Assembly (NCBI GenBank): GCA_964352915.1
Contig: CAYGTQ010000004.1
Location: forward strand, 1 to 51,613
Length of the DNA stretch: 51,613 nt
Source of the DNA: an uncultured Legionellales bacterium
GTDB taxonomy: Bacteria > Pseudomonadota > Gammaproteobacteria > PIVX01
Reading direction: 5' to 3'
The position numbers and the translations under genes were made by a program. The notes beneath the pieces were generated by a model. That model did not search any database and was not told where the DNA came from. It was given only the letters and a program-made list of their open reading frames with translations. Below, one piece after another: positions 22,137 through 31,522 of this stretch. Every line of letters begins with the position of its first letter. The first letter of the stretch is position 1.

Positions 22137-22988
22137 TTAAATATTAACGCTGAAACTTAATCCAAAATACTTTCTTTTTAATTTATAAAACTGACCATGT
22201 ATGCTATTACCATTATAGTATTCTAATAATACTTGAAAATTTTTGCCAAGAATTAAACTATTTTCAAATTGCAGCCCCGTTTTAATAGAAAAAGATGGGC
22301 GCCAATCATAATTGTGTGAACCATCTAAATGCACGCCGATAAGAGGACGAACTCTGTTTGCATTATCAATGCAATGATGCCGGTACTCTAAGCCAGTTGT
22401 GTAGGTTAGTGACTTATAGAAACTTGGCTCAGCTGTTATAATATAGCCCGCCCCCCAGTAAGGTCTAAAGCCATGCGTTCTTGAATTATTTAAGCTCAGA
22501 ATCATTTCCAACTTCTCATAACTTAAATTTATTCTATTGGTCTGTTTCCCTTTGTCTGTTAACATGAACTCATCACCCAAATGACCACTGGTGTGAGAAA
22601 CTCGTGTGAATAAAGTAAACGGATCAAACTGATTGGTTAGAGCAAGAGCAACATAATAATCTGTATTAATTAATTTTGTCGGCGTTTGCCCTATTGCCAT
22701 CAGTGCAAAAACACCTCCCTGGATACTAACTTCATAAGCAGTTCTCTTACCTTTACCTCTAATCAATGCCAAATTCCCACCGAAATTAGGCGCAAAAGCA
22801 TGTTTAGCTAATGTATTATTTTCATCATATTGGTAAGCTAAAGTGAACCTAGGCCACTTAGGATCGGCTATTAAAGGTTTAAACATAGAGCCCGCCTCTA
22901 ATATCGATGCTTCTGCAAAAACCAAAGGTAATAACAAAAAATTCAAAGTCAAGGCTACCAAAATTTTACAAATTTTGAATTTGCACAC
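22137..22988 (-). CDS. DUF1207-like exported, probably outer-membrane beta-barrel protein
   Basis: Signal peptide, FKPLIADPKWPRF, HTSGHLGDEF, LEYYNGNSIHGQFY, alternating aromatic C-terminal strand. Confidence 0.7.
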   Translation of the reverse strand: MCKFKICKILVALTLNFLLLPLVFAEASILEAGSMFKPLIADPKWPRFTLAYQYDENNTLAKHAFAPNFGGNLALIRGKGKRTAYEVSIQGGVFALMAIGQTPTKLINTDYYVALALTNQFDPFTLFTRVSHTSGHLGDEFMLTDKGKQTNRINLSYEKLEMILSLNNSRTHGFRPYWGAGYIITAEPSFYKSLTYTTGLEYRHHCIDNANRVRPLIGVHLDGSHNYDWRPSFSIKTGLQFENSLILGKNFQVLLEYYNGNSIHGQFYKLKRKYFGLSFSVNI

Positions 22989-23287
22989 TTTTAAGCAACT
23001 CCTATATTTTCATTAACGTTTTACTGTCAAAAGTATTGTCTAGCAACAACTATGCTGTCTTGTTTTGTGCATTTTAGTCAATATAAAAAAATAAAGTCAT
23101 CACTATAAAATATTTTCCTTAGCTTTCACAGAAAACGACACAATTACTGTCATCCATTTATTTAAAATCAAGACAACCAAAGCATTCATGTATACATCAG
23201 TTTGTGATTCTTTAAGGTTTAATTTCAAGTATTTTGCCACGCCAAAACTGCCAACTTGAAGGTGCTGAGATGTCATCTAAATTGCCA

Positions 23288-23626
23288 TTATAGTTCATTT
23301 TCAAGGGTAAGACGATCAATAACTTTTTCCACTCCTCTAACTTTTTTAGCCAAATAAACTGCATCATGCTTTTGTTGGCTATTTTTCACAACGCCACTAA
23401 GTATAACTGTCGATCCTTTTTTTGTCTCAACATGAATCTGATCAGCACCTACTCTGCTATCAGCAATAAGGGTCCCTTTTACCTTTGCAGTAACAGTTGA
23501 GCCACTTGCATATTGAGTAGCGCTTTCTTGACCACGAATGACTGACATACAACCGGCAACTCCCAATAATAATGGCAGTGTATAAAGTAGCTTAAGCAAT
23601 TTATTTTTTTTAATATTATTTGACAT
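23288..23626 (-). CDS. Single BON-domain lipoprotein (OsmY-like)
   Basis: Lipobox VAGC; VTAKVK..IHVETKKG.VILSGVV...VRGVEKV. Confidence 0.85.
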   Translation of the reverse strand: MSNNIKKNKLLKLLYTLPLLLGVAGCMSVIRGQESATQYASGSTVTAKVKGTLIADSRVGADQIHVETKKGSTVILSGVVKNSQQKHDAVYLAKKVRGVEKVIDRLTLENEL

Positions 23627-23683
23627 GCTAATTCCTTATTTTATCGTCTGTTAGTTAGACATTTTACTTCTGAATTGTATCAT

Positions 23684-24232
23684 TCACGCTGTAAATTTAA
23701 CACTGTGCTCTATATGACTAACGCCATTCACAGCTTCTATTTTGCTAAGAACGGTTTTAAGTACTCGTTTATTCGGCATCCAACCCATAAGGTAGACTAC
23801 ACCATTTTTTGTCTCAACATGTAAAGGCATAAGAGATAATTCATCATTTCCTAAAAGTTTTTCTTTAATGAGTACAATTTTTGCTCGCGTAGTTATTAAG
23901 CCATCTGCAACCAATTGTTTGTTGGAGGAAATTTTTAAGTTTTGAACATCAATGCCTCTAACTCCTGCAACTGATTCAACAGTACTTTGTATTTCTTTGC
24001 GCTGAATTTTAGTATCTAATAGGCCTGACAAGGTCACTAAACCATCGTTGGTTTCAACACTAACGTCTAATGGTAAAATAGGATTTTTAAGCAATTTCAG
24101 CTTAGTTTCTGCTGTAATTAAAGAGTCGCTGCGCTTAATATGCTTGACATCATTTAGAGCCAATGTGTAGGAAGTATAAAAAAAACTTAGAACAAACAAT
24201 ATAAGTGTTGATATTGATTTGGTTGTTTTCAT
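23684..24232 (-). CDS. Dual BON-domain periplasmic protein (OsmY-like)
   Basis: Signal peptide; two BON repeats (DSLIT..VETNDGLVTLSG..VAGV; DGLIT..VETKNGVVYLMG..VNGV). Confidence 0.85.
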   Translation of the reverse strand: MKTTKSISTLILFVLSFFYTSYTLALNDVKHIKRSDSLITAETKLKLLKNPILPLDVSVETNDGLVTLSGLLDTKIQRKEIQSTVESVAGVRGIDVQNLKISSNKQLVADGLITTRAKIVLIKEKLLGNDELSLMPLHVETKNGVVYLMGWMPNKRVLKTVLSKIEAVNGVSHIEHSVKFTA

Positions 24233-24280
24233 GATTATTCTCCTTTGTAGAGTATTTGTGATTGAACATTATCGGCAGCA

Positions 24281-24694
24281 TTAATTATGCATAATGATGC
24301 GCCTTCCTTTCTTGCCAGAATCGCTAATTCCAGGAATTTCTCTAATTAACTGAACTTTAATTACATACGCGATGATGATAAATATTGTAAATACACCACT
24401 TAAAACTTTACACGCATGACTTAACCATTCATCTTTTTCAATAAATTCCTTTAACTCCTTAGTATTTTCTAATTGAGGCATTTGACCTAAAATCTCTGAA
24501 TTCAATGAAGATATCTCACCTTCAGTAACCTCAGCATGGAGCACCTTATGATAATTTTGCCTAAGTTTTGATATTTCACCAGAAGTCACACCCCACATAG
24601 CTAAACTAAATAAGCCAAAAATAGCGAAAACAAATATCAGTACATTTATTGTTTTAACTGTCAGCCAAGCGCTTATCCGCGTTGCTCTATTCAT
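24281..24694 (-). CDS. Hypothetical two-TM membrane protein
   Basis: AGGAGG RBS, two hydrophobic segments around a loop of about 55 aa; inside the operon. Confidence 0.75.
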   Translation of the reverse strand: MNRATRISAWLTVKTINVLIFVFAIFGLFSLAMWGVTSGEISKLRQNYHKVLHAEVTEGEISSLNSEILGQMPQLENTKELKEFIEKDEWLSHACKVLSGVFTIFIIIAYVIKVQLIREIPGISDSGKKGRRIIMHN

Positions 24695-24706
24695 AAAACC
24701 TCCTTG

Positions 24707-24904
24707 CTAAGCTAATTTATTAGAATGAGATTCAATCCACTGAGCATCATTTTTTAAGATAAATCGTGCTGCTTGTACAAAAAAATATGCTTTCTTTTTA
24801 ATGTCCTCCCAATGACAGTAGTCATCTATTTCTTTTAAAAGTTTTTTTTCAATACTGATATGTACAGTAGCCTTTTCTTTTAATTCAAAATTGATAAGCG
24901 ACAT
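24707..24904 (-). CDS. Small ribbon-helix-helix-like protein (paralog 2)
   Basis: ATVHISI..KKLLKEIDDYCHWEDIKKKAYFFVQAARFILKND..W; AAGGAG RBS favours ATG 24904 over GTG 24910. Confidence 0.7.
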   Translation of the reverse strand: MSLINFELKEKATVHISIEKKLLKEIDDYCHWEDIKKKAYFFVQAARFILKNDAQWIESHSNKLA

Positions 24905-24906
24905 GA

Positions 24907-25377
24907 TCACTCCTTAGCAACATGACTGTTCAACATCCAAGCATTTTTTTCATGCTGACTTAAACATTTTGTCAGCATATCAACCGTTACAAAGTCTTGT
25001 GTTTGGCTCAGCGCCTGAATACTTTCACGCATGTGCGAAATAAGTTTACTATAATTCTCAAGCAAAATCATAATGACTTGATCAGACTGGTGCTTACCTT
25101 TTAGACTGTCATTGACCAATGATTTTTTGTACAAATCAAAACCTACTTTTGTTTCAAAACCCAAGGCGCGAATTCTTTCAGCAATTTCATCCGCTGAAAT
25201 TTTAAAAGACTCATATTGGTTTTCAAGTAATTTATGCAAAGCTATGAAATTACTGCCCTGAAGATTCCAATGAGCATCAAGCGTTTGAGTATAAAGAGAA
25301 AACTCATCTGCCAGCAAGGCTTGTAGCACATCGCGCGCCTTTTCTCTGGTAACGCTGTCTAAAGATAAATTCAGCAT
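24907..25377 (-). CDS. dps: DNA protection during starvation protein (Dps family)
   Basis: AHWNLQG.NF..LH, ADEIAERIRALG ferroxidase residues, HEKNAWML. Confidence 0.93.
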   Translation of the reverse strand: MLNLSLDSVTREKARDVLQALLADEFSLYTQTLDAHWNLQGSNFIALHKLLENQYESFKISADEIAERIRALGFETKVGFDLYKKSLVNDSLKGKHQSDQVIMILLENYSKLISHMRESIQALSQTQDFVTVDMLTKCLSQHEKNAWMLNSHVAKE

Positions 25378-25398
25378 CCTTATTTCTCCCTTAGTCTG

Positions 25399-25424
25399 AA
25401 AATGGGCGGGAATAACCCGCCCAT
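25399..25424 (-). terminator. Intra-operon hairpin/terminator between the OmpA-like lipoprotein gene and dps
   Basis: ATGGGCGGG-N5-CCCGCCCAT perfect 9-bp stem followed by a short T run on the minus strand. Confidence 0.65.
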
Positions 25425-25430
25425 GCTAAG

Positions 25431-25946
25431 TTAGTATATGTCAATCGGCGTTATGTTCACACGACGGTTGTAGGCTTCTGCAGGAAGCTCCCAATGGTGT
25501 GGTTGGTGTTTCACCATAACGCCTAAACCTGAAGTATACAAAATATTCTCAGGGCTAACTCCACGAGCAATTAACGCCTTTCGAACTTTTTTCGCTCGCT
25601 TTTCAGATAATTGAGCATTGAACTCATCATTACCTTTCTGGCTTGCAAACCCCTCAATGCATACGGCTATTTTAGGATGCGCTTTCAAGCAATTAGCGGC
25701 TGCATCCAACGCTTTGTGCTGCGCTTTAGGTATGACGCTGCTCGCATTATCAAAAAATACCGCGTAGGGTTTTTCGCTCATTTCGCGCAAACAACTGTGA
25801 GCTTTTATATAAGCTGTTTGGTGCTTACGTGTCATTTTTTCATAATCGGCTTCTGTTGTACGCAGTTGGCTATGATCTTTTGCACAACCGCTTAGCATAG
25901 AAACGCCAACCACGGTAGCTGCGACTATTTGTTTTTTGATATTCAT
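25431..25946 (-). CDS. OmpA-C-like domain lipoprotein (family member 1)
   Basis: Lipobox LSGC; VFF..IEGFAS..N..LSEKRAKKV..L..RGV..NRRV. Confidence 0.88.
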   Translation of the reverse strand: MNIKKQIVAATVVGVSMLSGCAKDHSQLRTTEADYEKMTRKHQTAYIKAHSCLREMSEKPYAVFFDNASSVIPKAQHKALDAAANCLKAHPKIAVCIEGFASQKGNDEFNAQLSEKRAKKVRKALIARGVSPENILYTSGLGVMVKHQPHHWELPAEAYNRRVNITPIDIY

Positions 25947-25987
25947 ACCTCACTCCTTTCTCTATGTTGGGTAATTTCTGCCGATTC

Positions 25988-26200
25988 TTAGAGTTTTTTA
26001 GCTACCTTCTCCATAATGCTTGTTACATGATGTTTTTCCTCCTTTTCAGTAAAGCGGCCGTGCTTCATGAGCGCACCTACAAGCGCCTCATAACCCCCAT
26101 CAAATTTTTCAAGGTCATCATCTGAGATAGCACCTAATATTTGTTTAAGCCCTCCCTTAGCAATTTTCTAGTTAGATTTTAGGTTATTTTTAACTTCTAT
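25988..26200 (-). pseudogene. CsbD/YjbJ-family general stress protein pseudogene (not in ORF track)
   Basis: (ATA)EVKNNLKSN*KIAKGGLKQILGAISDDDLEKFDGGYEALVGALMKHGRFTEKEEKHHV..; the expected ATG reads ATA and the conserved Trp codon reads TAG (26170-26168). Confidence 0.85.
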
Positions 26201-26226
26201 AAAACACCTTTTTGTTTATTTTTTTA

Positions 26227-26255
26227 ATCATATAACATTACATTTTTTATGTCAA
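26227..26255 (-). promoter_or_regulatory. sigma70-type promoter of the csbD-ompA-dps-BON operon
   Basis: Minus strand TTGACA-N17-TATGAT, just upstream of the AAGGTG RBS of the csbD relic. Confidence 0.7.
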
Positions 26256-27435
26256 TTTATTTGTCTATTTATTGCCATAAAATGCCCCTTGAAATATATG
26301 AATTTTTAAGCTAAAAATTTAAAAAACTGTTTAATCTTTTTAAATCAATGAGATAGCGTTTTTATTAAGCCTAATTTGCAAGAAGATTCTTCCTTAAACC
26401 ACACTGAACAGAAGCAAGCATGCTGAATTGTTAGCCAGATACCAGGATGCTCATAAAAAATACCTTGTTTACAGCAGCTTCTATATTTATGAGGCTATGC
26501 TAAAGCAGCCTTTTACTTCATTGAAAAAAATGACCATAGATTATTAGGCCGGGCTTCGTAAAAAGGACTGAATACTTTGGTTTCAGTTTCTGAGAATCAG
26601 AAAAAATTTGTGATTATTTTCAATTAAGCCTAAGTACTTTAAGTGTTAGCTAAGACCTTATGAAAGCCTGATCTTGCAAGCTAGCATGCAAGATAAAGAG
26701 CCCTTATTGATAACTCAGCATTTAAAATACCATTCAACAACTTTTTACCCGAAGTTACATTCGCAGTTTCAGGATAAACATAACTGAAGTTTTAAACTTT
26801 GCATTGTATAAAATGAGACCAAAAATTCAGCTCAAAAATTATTTATAATGCCTATTATAGGGTAAGTGTTAAAATTGTGGCGTACTTCAGGAGCGTAGAA
26901 TCTCTGTTCATAGCGCATCTGTTCCTTTAAAAAAGCCATATTACATTTGCTAAAGTATTCTCGCGTTTTCTAACAGTCTGTCCAGCTTAGAGCCACACCC
27001 ATTTAAAGCGGTGCTTTGTTTGTTCAATTTCCCCGAATTCTCAAAATATCGAGAATAAACCTGAGATTCTCATTTGTAAATTGATCAATGTTGAATCAAT
27101 TCAACAGTATTTTACAGAACCGTTTGTTTTATACAAAAGTATTGGACATTAATTGAGGTACTCATCGCTAAAGAGCTATGTTACCCTTAGTTATGAAAAG
27201 AAACGATAAAGAAGCAGCTTTGAGTCAGCATTAGGCAGTAATATTCTGGAGAAGATACCTCAATATTAGCCATATGCAAGCATCGAAATTATTTAAAATC
27301 GCTTGAAATATATTTAGATGGCGTCCCTTAGGCTACATATCAGATAAATCTTAACCAATGAATATTATCAGATGCTCAGTGAAGATTAAACGTAGGTGTA
27401 TAGAACGTTGAAAATTACTTAAGAGCGCTTGTTTT

Positions 27436-27468
27436 CTTTCATCACTTTGTGTAACCAAGTGGTGAAAG
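27436..27468. other. 12-bp hairpin upstream of the cotransporter gene
   Basis: CTTTCATCACTT-N9-AAGTGGTGAAAG with one G-U pair. Confidence 0.4.
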
Positions 27469-27645
27469 CGTCGCTTCAATTTCATAATTTAAGGTTTTCA
27501 TGAATTTGACAAATACATTTTGCATGCTTAAAAATGTTGTATATTAACAAAAGACAGAGACCATTATTGAAAATAATAACCTTCGTTATTAACTTAATAA
27601 TATTATAAACTTTTATTTAACAATCAATAAATACGTAGGATTAAA

Positions 27646-29832
27646 TTGAATAATAGAAAATTCGGAACGTTTTATGGGATATTTGTACCAAACATCACCA
27701 TGATGTTTGGTGTCATTTTATTTTTGAGATTAGGTGTGATTTCAAGTGCGGTGGGGATAGCTCCCATGCTTGGGATCATCGGCTTATCTTTAGTTTTTAT
27801 GCTGATTACAAGCATTTCTATCGCCGCGGTTGCCTCCAGTCGAGATGTAGGTGCAGGTGGCGTTTACTATTTAATATCTAGAACACTTGGGATTGAGTGT
27901 GGCAGTGCTTTAGGCTTAGCTTTAATTATATGCCAAATATGCTCTATGTGCTTAACCGTCAGTGGCTTCTCGGTGTTATTTCATGAGATTTATCCACAAT
28001 TTTCAATAACAGTGATTGAAATTACAACCATTATTTTATTAACATTAACAGCAGTTATTTCTTCTAATCTCGCTCTTAAAACTCAAGGGATCATTTTTGC
28101 TATTTTGATCATAGCTATTCTGAACGTATTTTTAGGCCAAAATTCACAACTACCACCTATGGAAAGCATCCAACCTTTTTATGAGAATTTATCGTTTTTT
28201 GGTGCTTTTACTTTATTTTATGCTGCACTAACTGGGATTGAAGCAGGTATGGCTTTGTCTGGAAATTTAAAAACCCCTGTTAAGTCGCTTTTGTGGGGTA
28301 ATGTATCATCAGTTATTTTTGCCGCACTGACATACGGTATTCTTGTCATATTCATGCACCTAAATGTGTCAGCTTACCACCTAAGCACCGATCCTTTTGT
28401 GCTGGTAGATTTCAGTTATTCAAAAGAAATTATGTACGTTGGTATTTTTGCAGCCACACTTTCCAGTGCATTAGGCTCTTTGATGGCCGCGCCCAGAATC
28501 ATGCAAATTATGGCTCAAGATGGTGTTTTTCCCAAAGTATTTGCAAAAACCTATGGCAAATACCAAGAACCCCGTCTTGCCCTGTTTTCAATGGCCTTCG
28601 TCACCATGCTGATGGTTATTTATACTCATATTGATCAGATCATTCCTATACTATCTATGATTTGTCTTATTTCCTATTCATTGCTGAACTTTATTGCTGC
28701 TATCAATGCCTATATGAATACAGTCAGCTGGAGACCGGACTTCAAACTACCCTATATCTTGCCAACCATAGGATTTATCATGGGTCTAACTATGATGTTT
28801 ATGATCAATGCTTCTTTAAGTATCTTATCCATCATCATTATAATGCTGTTCTATATAGGTTTTCGGTTAAAATCCATCGATACATCCTTTTCAGATCTAC
28901 GCAACAGTATTATATTTTTCCTATCAAGATACGCGCTATATAACTTATCTAAAAGAGAAGATAATGTTTTAACATGGCACCCTATTGCTATGTTATTAGC
29001 CATTTCCCCAAGACAACACATGAATTTATGCAAACTAATATACTCTCTCACAAAACATAATGGTCTTTTTGTTTTTGGCAGCACATTACCTGATGACACT
29101 ACGCCTGAAAGACTGGTTACTGCAAGATTAGCTATAGAAAACCACTTTAAGAAACATAAATTAAAAGTTTTGGTAGAAATGCAAACATCTGAAAACACGA
29201 TAGATGGTTTCTTAAATTTAGTTCAATCTTACGGCATGGGGAGAATTCAACCCAATACCATTTTTTGGCCTATCATAGATAACTCTGATCTTAACGATGA
29301 CATGCTCTCATTGTTTTCGATCTGTTATCAACATCAAAAAAATATTGTTTTATTTAAAGATAGTTCAAACAAAAAGAAAAAGAATTCAATTTTGTCAAAA
29401 AAAATAAACAATGTTGACATTTGGTGGCACGCAGAAGCAAGAGAAAGCTTCAACGTTAGTCTGCACTTGGTCTCTTTGTTGTTTGATAGTAATTCATGGC
29501 ATAAACCTATTATGACTATTCATGCTTCTGTTAATGATCACAATGCAATTTCTGATATGCAAAATCATTTGCAAGAGTTTGTTTCTAATAGCTACCATAA
29601 GGCTCATGTTAAAGTACACATTGAACCAGAAGGAACCAACAATTTTCAATCCATTAATAACCATAATATCAGCACGAACTTACTGTTCGTGCCATTAAGT
29701 TATGATGAAGCTAATCAAGATGAATTACTTTCAAATATTAAAAAAACAGGCTTAATAGAAAAAAACAATGAATTTCCTGTAATATTTTGCTGCGCTTTAG
29801 ATAATTTAGACCATCAAGATATTTATATATAG
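27646..29832 (+). CDS. Cation-chloride cotransporter (CCC/SLC12-like, APC superfamily)
   Basis: FGVILFLRLG, GGVYYLISRTLG.E.GSALG, TGIEAG..LSGNLK.P, ATLSSALGSL..APR, SWRP.FK; C-terminal domain with GMG..QPNT and DIWW. Confidence 0.88.
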   Translation: MNNRKFGTFYGIFVPNITMMFGVILFLRLGVISSAVGIAPMLGIIGLSLVFMLITSISIAAVASSRDVGAGGVYYLISRTLGIECGSALGLALIICQICSMCLTVSGFSVLFHEIYPQFSITVIEITTIILLTLTAVISSNLALKTQGIIFAILIIAILNVFLGQNSQLPPMESIQPFYENLSFFGAFTLFYAALTGIEAGMALSGNLKTPVKSLLWGNVSSVIFAALTYGILVIFMHLNVSAYHLSTDPFVLVDFSYSKEIMYVGIFAATLSSALGSLMAAPRIMQIMAQDGVFPKVFAKTYGKYQEPRLALFSMAFVTMLMVIYTHIDQIIPILSMICLISYSLLNFIAAINAYMNTVSWRPDFKLPYILPTIGFIMGLTMMFMINASLSILSIIIIMLFYIGFRLKSIDTSFSDLRNSIIFFLSRYALYNLSKREDNVLTWHPIAMLLAISPRQHMNLCKLIYSLTKHNGLFVFGSTLPDDTTPERLVTARLAIENHFKKHKLKVLVEMQTSENTIDGFLNLVQSYGMGRIQPNTIFWPIIDNSDLNDDMLSLFSICYQHQKNIVLFKDSSNKKKKNSILSKKINNVDIWWHAEARESFNVSLHLVSLLFDSNSWHKPIMTIHASVNDHNAISDMQNHLQEFVSNSYHKAHVKVHIEPEGTNNFQSINNHNISTNLLFVPLSYDEANQDELLSNIKKTGLIEKNNEFPVIFCCALDNLDHQDIYI

Positions 29833-29844
29833 CTATAAAATATT

Positions 29845-31101
29845 TTAATAATCAGCCTTTTGCTGTGAAGTTTCATCTATAACAACTGGCTCTGTTTTTG
29901 GAGCCAGTTCTGCAATCAAAGGAGTATTTTGTGGTGACATGCCTACAAAATTTTCTTGCTCTTCTACCGTTAAAGGCGGACGTTGCTGTGCTCTTAGAAA
30001 AATAGTCAATAAAAATAAAGCCAGTACAATCATGATGTAAAAATTAAGCCCTGTTTCACCAGGCAGCACTTTAACTATAGCAGATCCCAATGTTGGTCCA
30101 AAACTTGCCCCTAAAGCATAAACCACCAAGAGACCTTGAATTGCCGCTACGGTATTTCCTTTGTCTAAATAGCCGCAAGCATGTGTGATCGATAAAGGAT
30201 AAATGGTAAAAATACAACCTCCAAACATAAAAAGTAACAACAATCTGATCTCACTCAATTCCATCAGTGTCAGTAACGCCATGATACAAAAGGCGGTAAC
30301 ACAGACACCAATGATGACTTTTTGTCTCGGGATTACATCTGATAAAAGGCCAATAGGATATTGCAAAAGCATACCTCCGAATATAATACATCCCATCGTC
30401 AAAGCTACTTGCTTGGGCTCGAATCCTAATGCACTGTAATGAGAAGGAAATAATGTATAAATAACACTTAACAGCAGGCCAGAGCAACAGCACCCTATGA
30501 CACCTGATGGTGAAATAGAAAATAAATAGGTTAAACCCAAAGGCTCTGTTTTCTCAAAAACAGGCACATCAGCCTTAGAGATGGTTAACGTAGCAATGGC
30601 TAGAGACATAAAAATGCTACAAAGAGACAAAAGAAAGATAAAGTCATACGCTGTTATAAAGTATAATAGAAATTGCCCACCTGTCTGAGCTGCATACATA
30701 CATAACATATAGAGTGCAAGCATAGAGCCCCGATTAAAATCATCGCTGTAAATGAGAACCCAGCTTTCAATAACAATCAATAGCGTTGCAGTGCAGTAGC
30801 CTGATAAAAAACGCAAAATCAGCCAATACCATCCATCGCTGGAGTAGACATGCAATAAAGTTACAACTGTTGTTAAAGCACCAAAAGCTGCAAATGTCCT
30901 AACATGCCCTATCCTAAGCACAAAAGCCTCAGAAAGGAAACTTCCAAACATAATGCCTACATAATACGCTGATGAAATGAAGCCAATCAACATGGTGCCC
31001 GTATTGGCATGTTGTAGCTGCAATGGTACCAGAGTGAGCACCATACTGTTGCCAATAATTAAGAAAATCAGAGCCAATAAAGGCACAAGGACCAAGGACA
31101 T
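29845..31101 (-). CDS. MFS transporter (YcaD-like)
   Basis: About 12 TM segments; RIGHVRTF, IVIESW..RGSMLALY, QYPIGLLSD..R, YPLSITHA. Confidence 0.88.
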   Translation of the reverse strand: MSLVLVPLLALIFLIIGNSMVLTLVPLQLQHANTGTMLIGFISSAYYVGIMFGSFLSEAFVLRIGHVRTFAAFGALTTVVTLLHVYSSDGWYWLILRFLSGYCTATLLIVIESWVLIYSDDFNRGSMLALYMLCMYAAQTGGQFLLYFITAYDFIFLLSLCSIFMSLAIATLTISKADVPVFEKTEPLGLTYLFSISPSGVIGCCCSGLLLSVIYTLFPSHYSALGFEPKQVALTMGCIIFGGMLLQYPIGLLSDVIPRQKVIIGVCVTAFCIMALLTLMELSEIRLLLLFMFGGCIFTIYPLSITHACGYLDKGNTVAAIQGLLVVYALGASFGPTLGSAIVKVLPGETGLNFYIMIVLALFLLTIFLRAQQRPPLTVEEQENFVGMSPQNTPLIAELAPKTEPVVIDETSQQKADY

Positions 31102-31200
31102 ACAATTTCTCCATACATTTTAAACACATGCTTACATTAAAATGCTTCAGCGCAAGGCACATAATTATATCAGTATAGCGTAAAGTGTCTATTTAAATAG

Positions 31201-31456
31201 TGAAAAAGTTCAAATTGCCTTAAGACTGTTGTCCCACAAAAATCTTGCGCTGATCCTGTCCTTGGAATAATAGAATCATAATGTTTAAGGATTTCACCAC
31301 CACGGTAACCAACCTAGGTTGTGCTGATAAAATAGTCATATAGAGCAAAGGGTTAATGATTCTCATCTCATGCCAACCCTGCGCGAACCCTATCATCCAT
31401 TAAACAACGATGTGCAACTCAGGGTAGCGAGCTAAAATATCGATTCGTAGATTCAA
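31201..31456 (-). pseudogene. rimK: Frameshifted, 3'-truncated rimK relic (not in ORF track)
   Basis: Read across frames: MNLRIDILARYPELH / HEMRIINPLLYMTILSAQPR / GYRGGEILKHYDSIIPRTGSAQDFCGTTVLRQFE, colinear with the N-terminus of intact RimK at 41733. Confidence 0.85.
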
Positions 31457-31522
31457 ATTAGTTTACGAACTCACTTGTTAGAGTATAATCTAGAGGAGTT
31501 AATTTAGGGAAGTATATTTTAC

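Noticed and set aside
31354-31368. Fur-box-like TAATGATTCTCATCT
   Set aside because: It lies inside the rimK relic (antisense of EMRII), is incomplete and is not positioned at an evident promoter.
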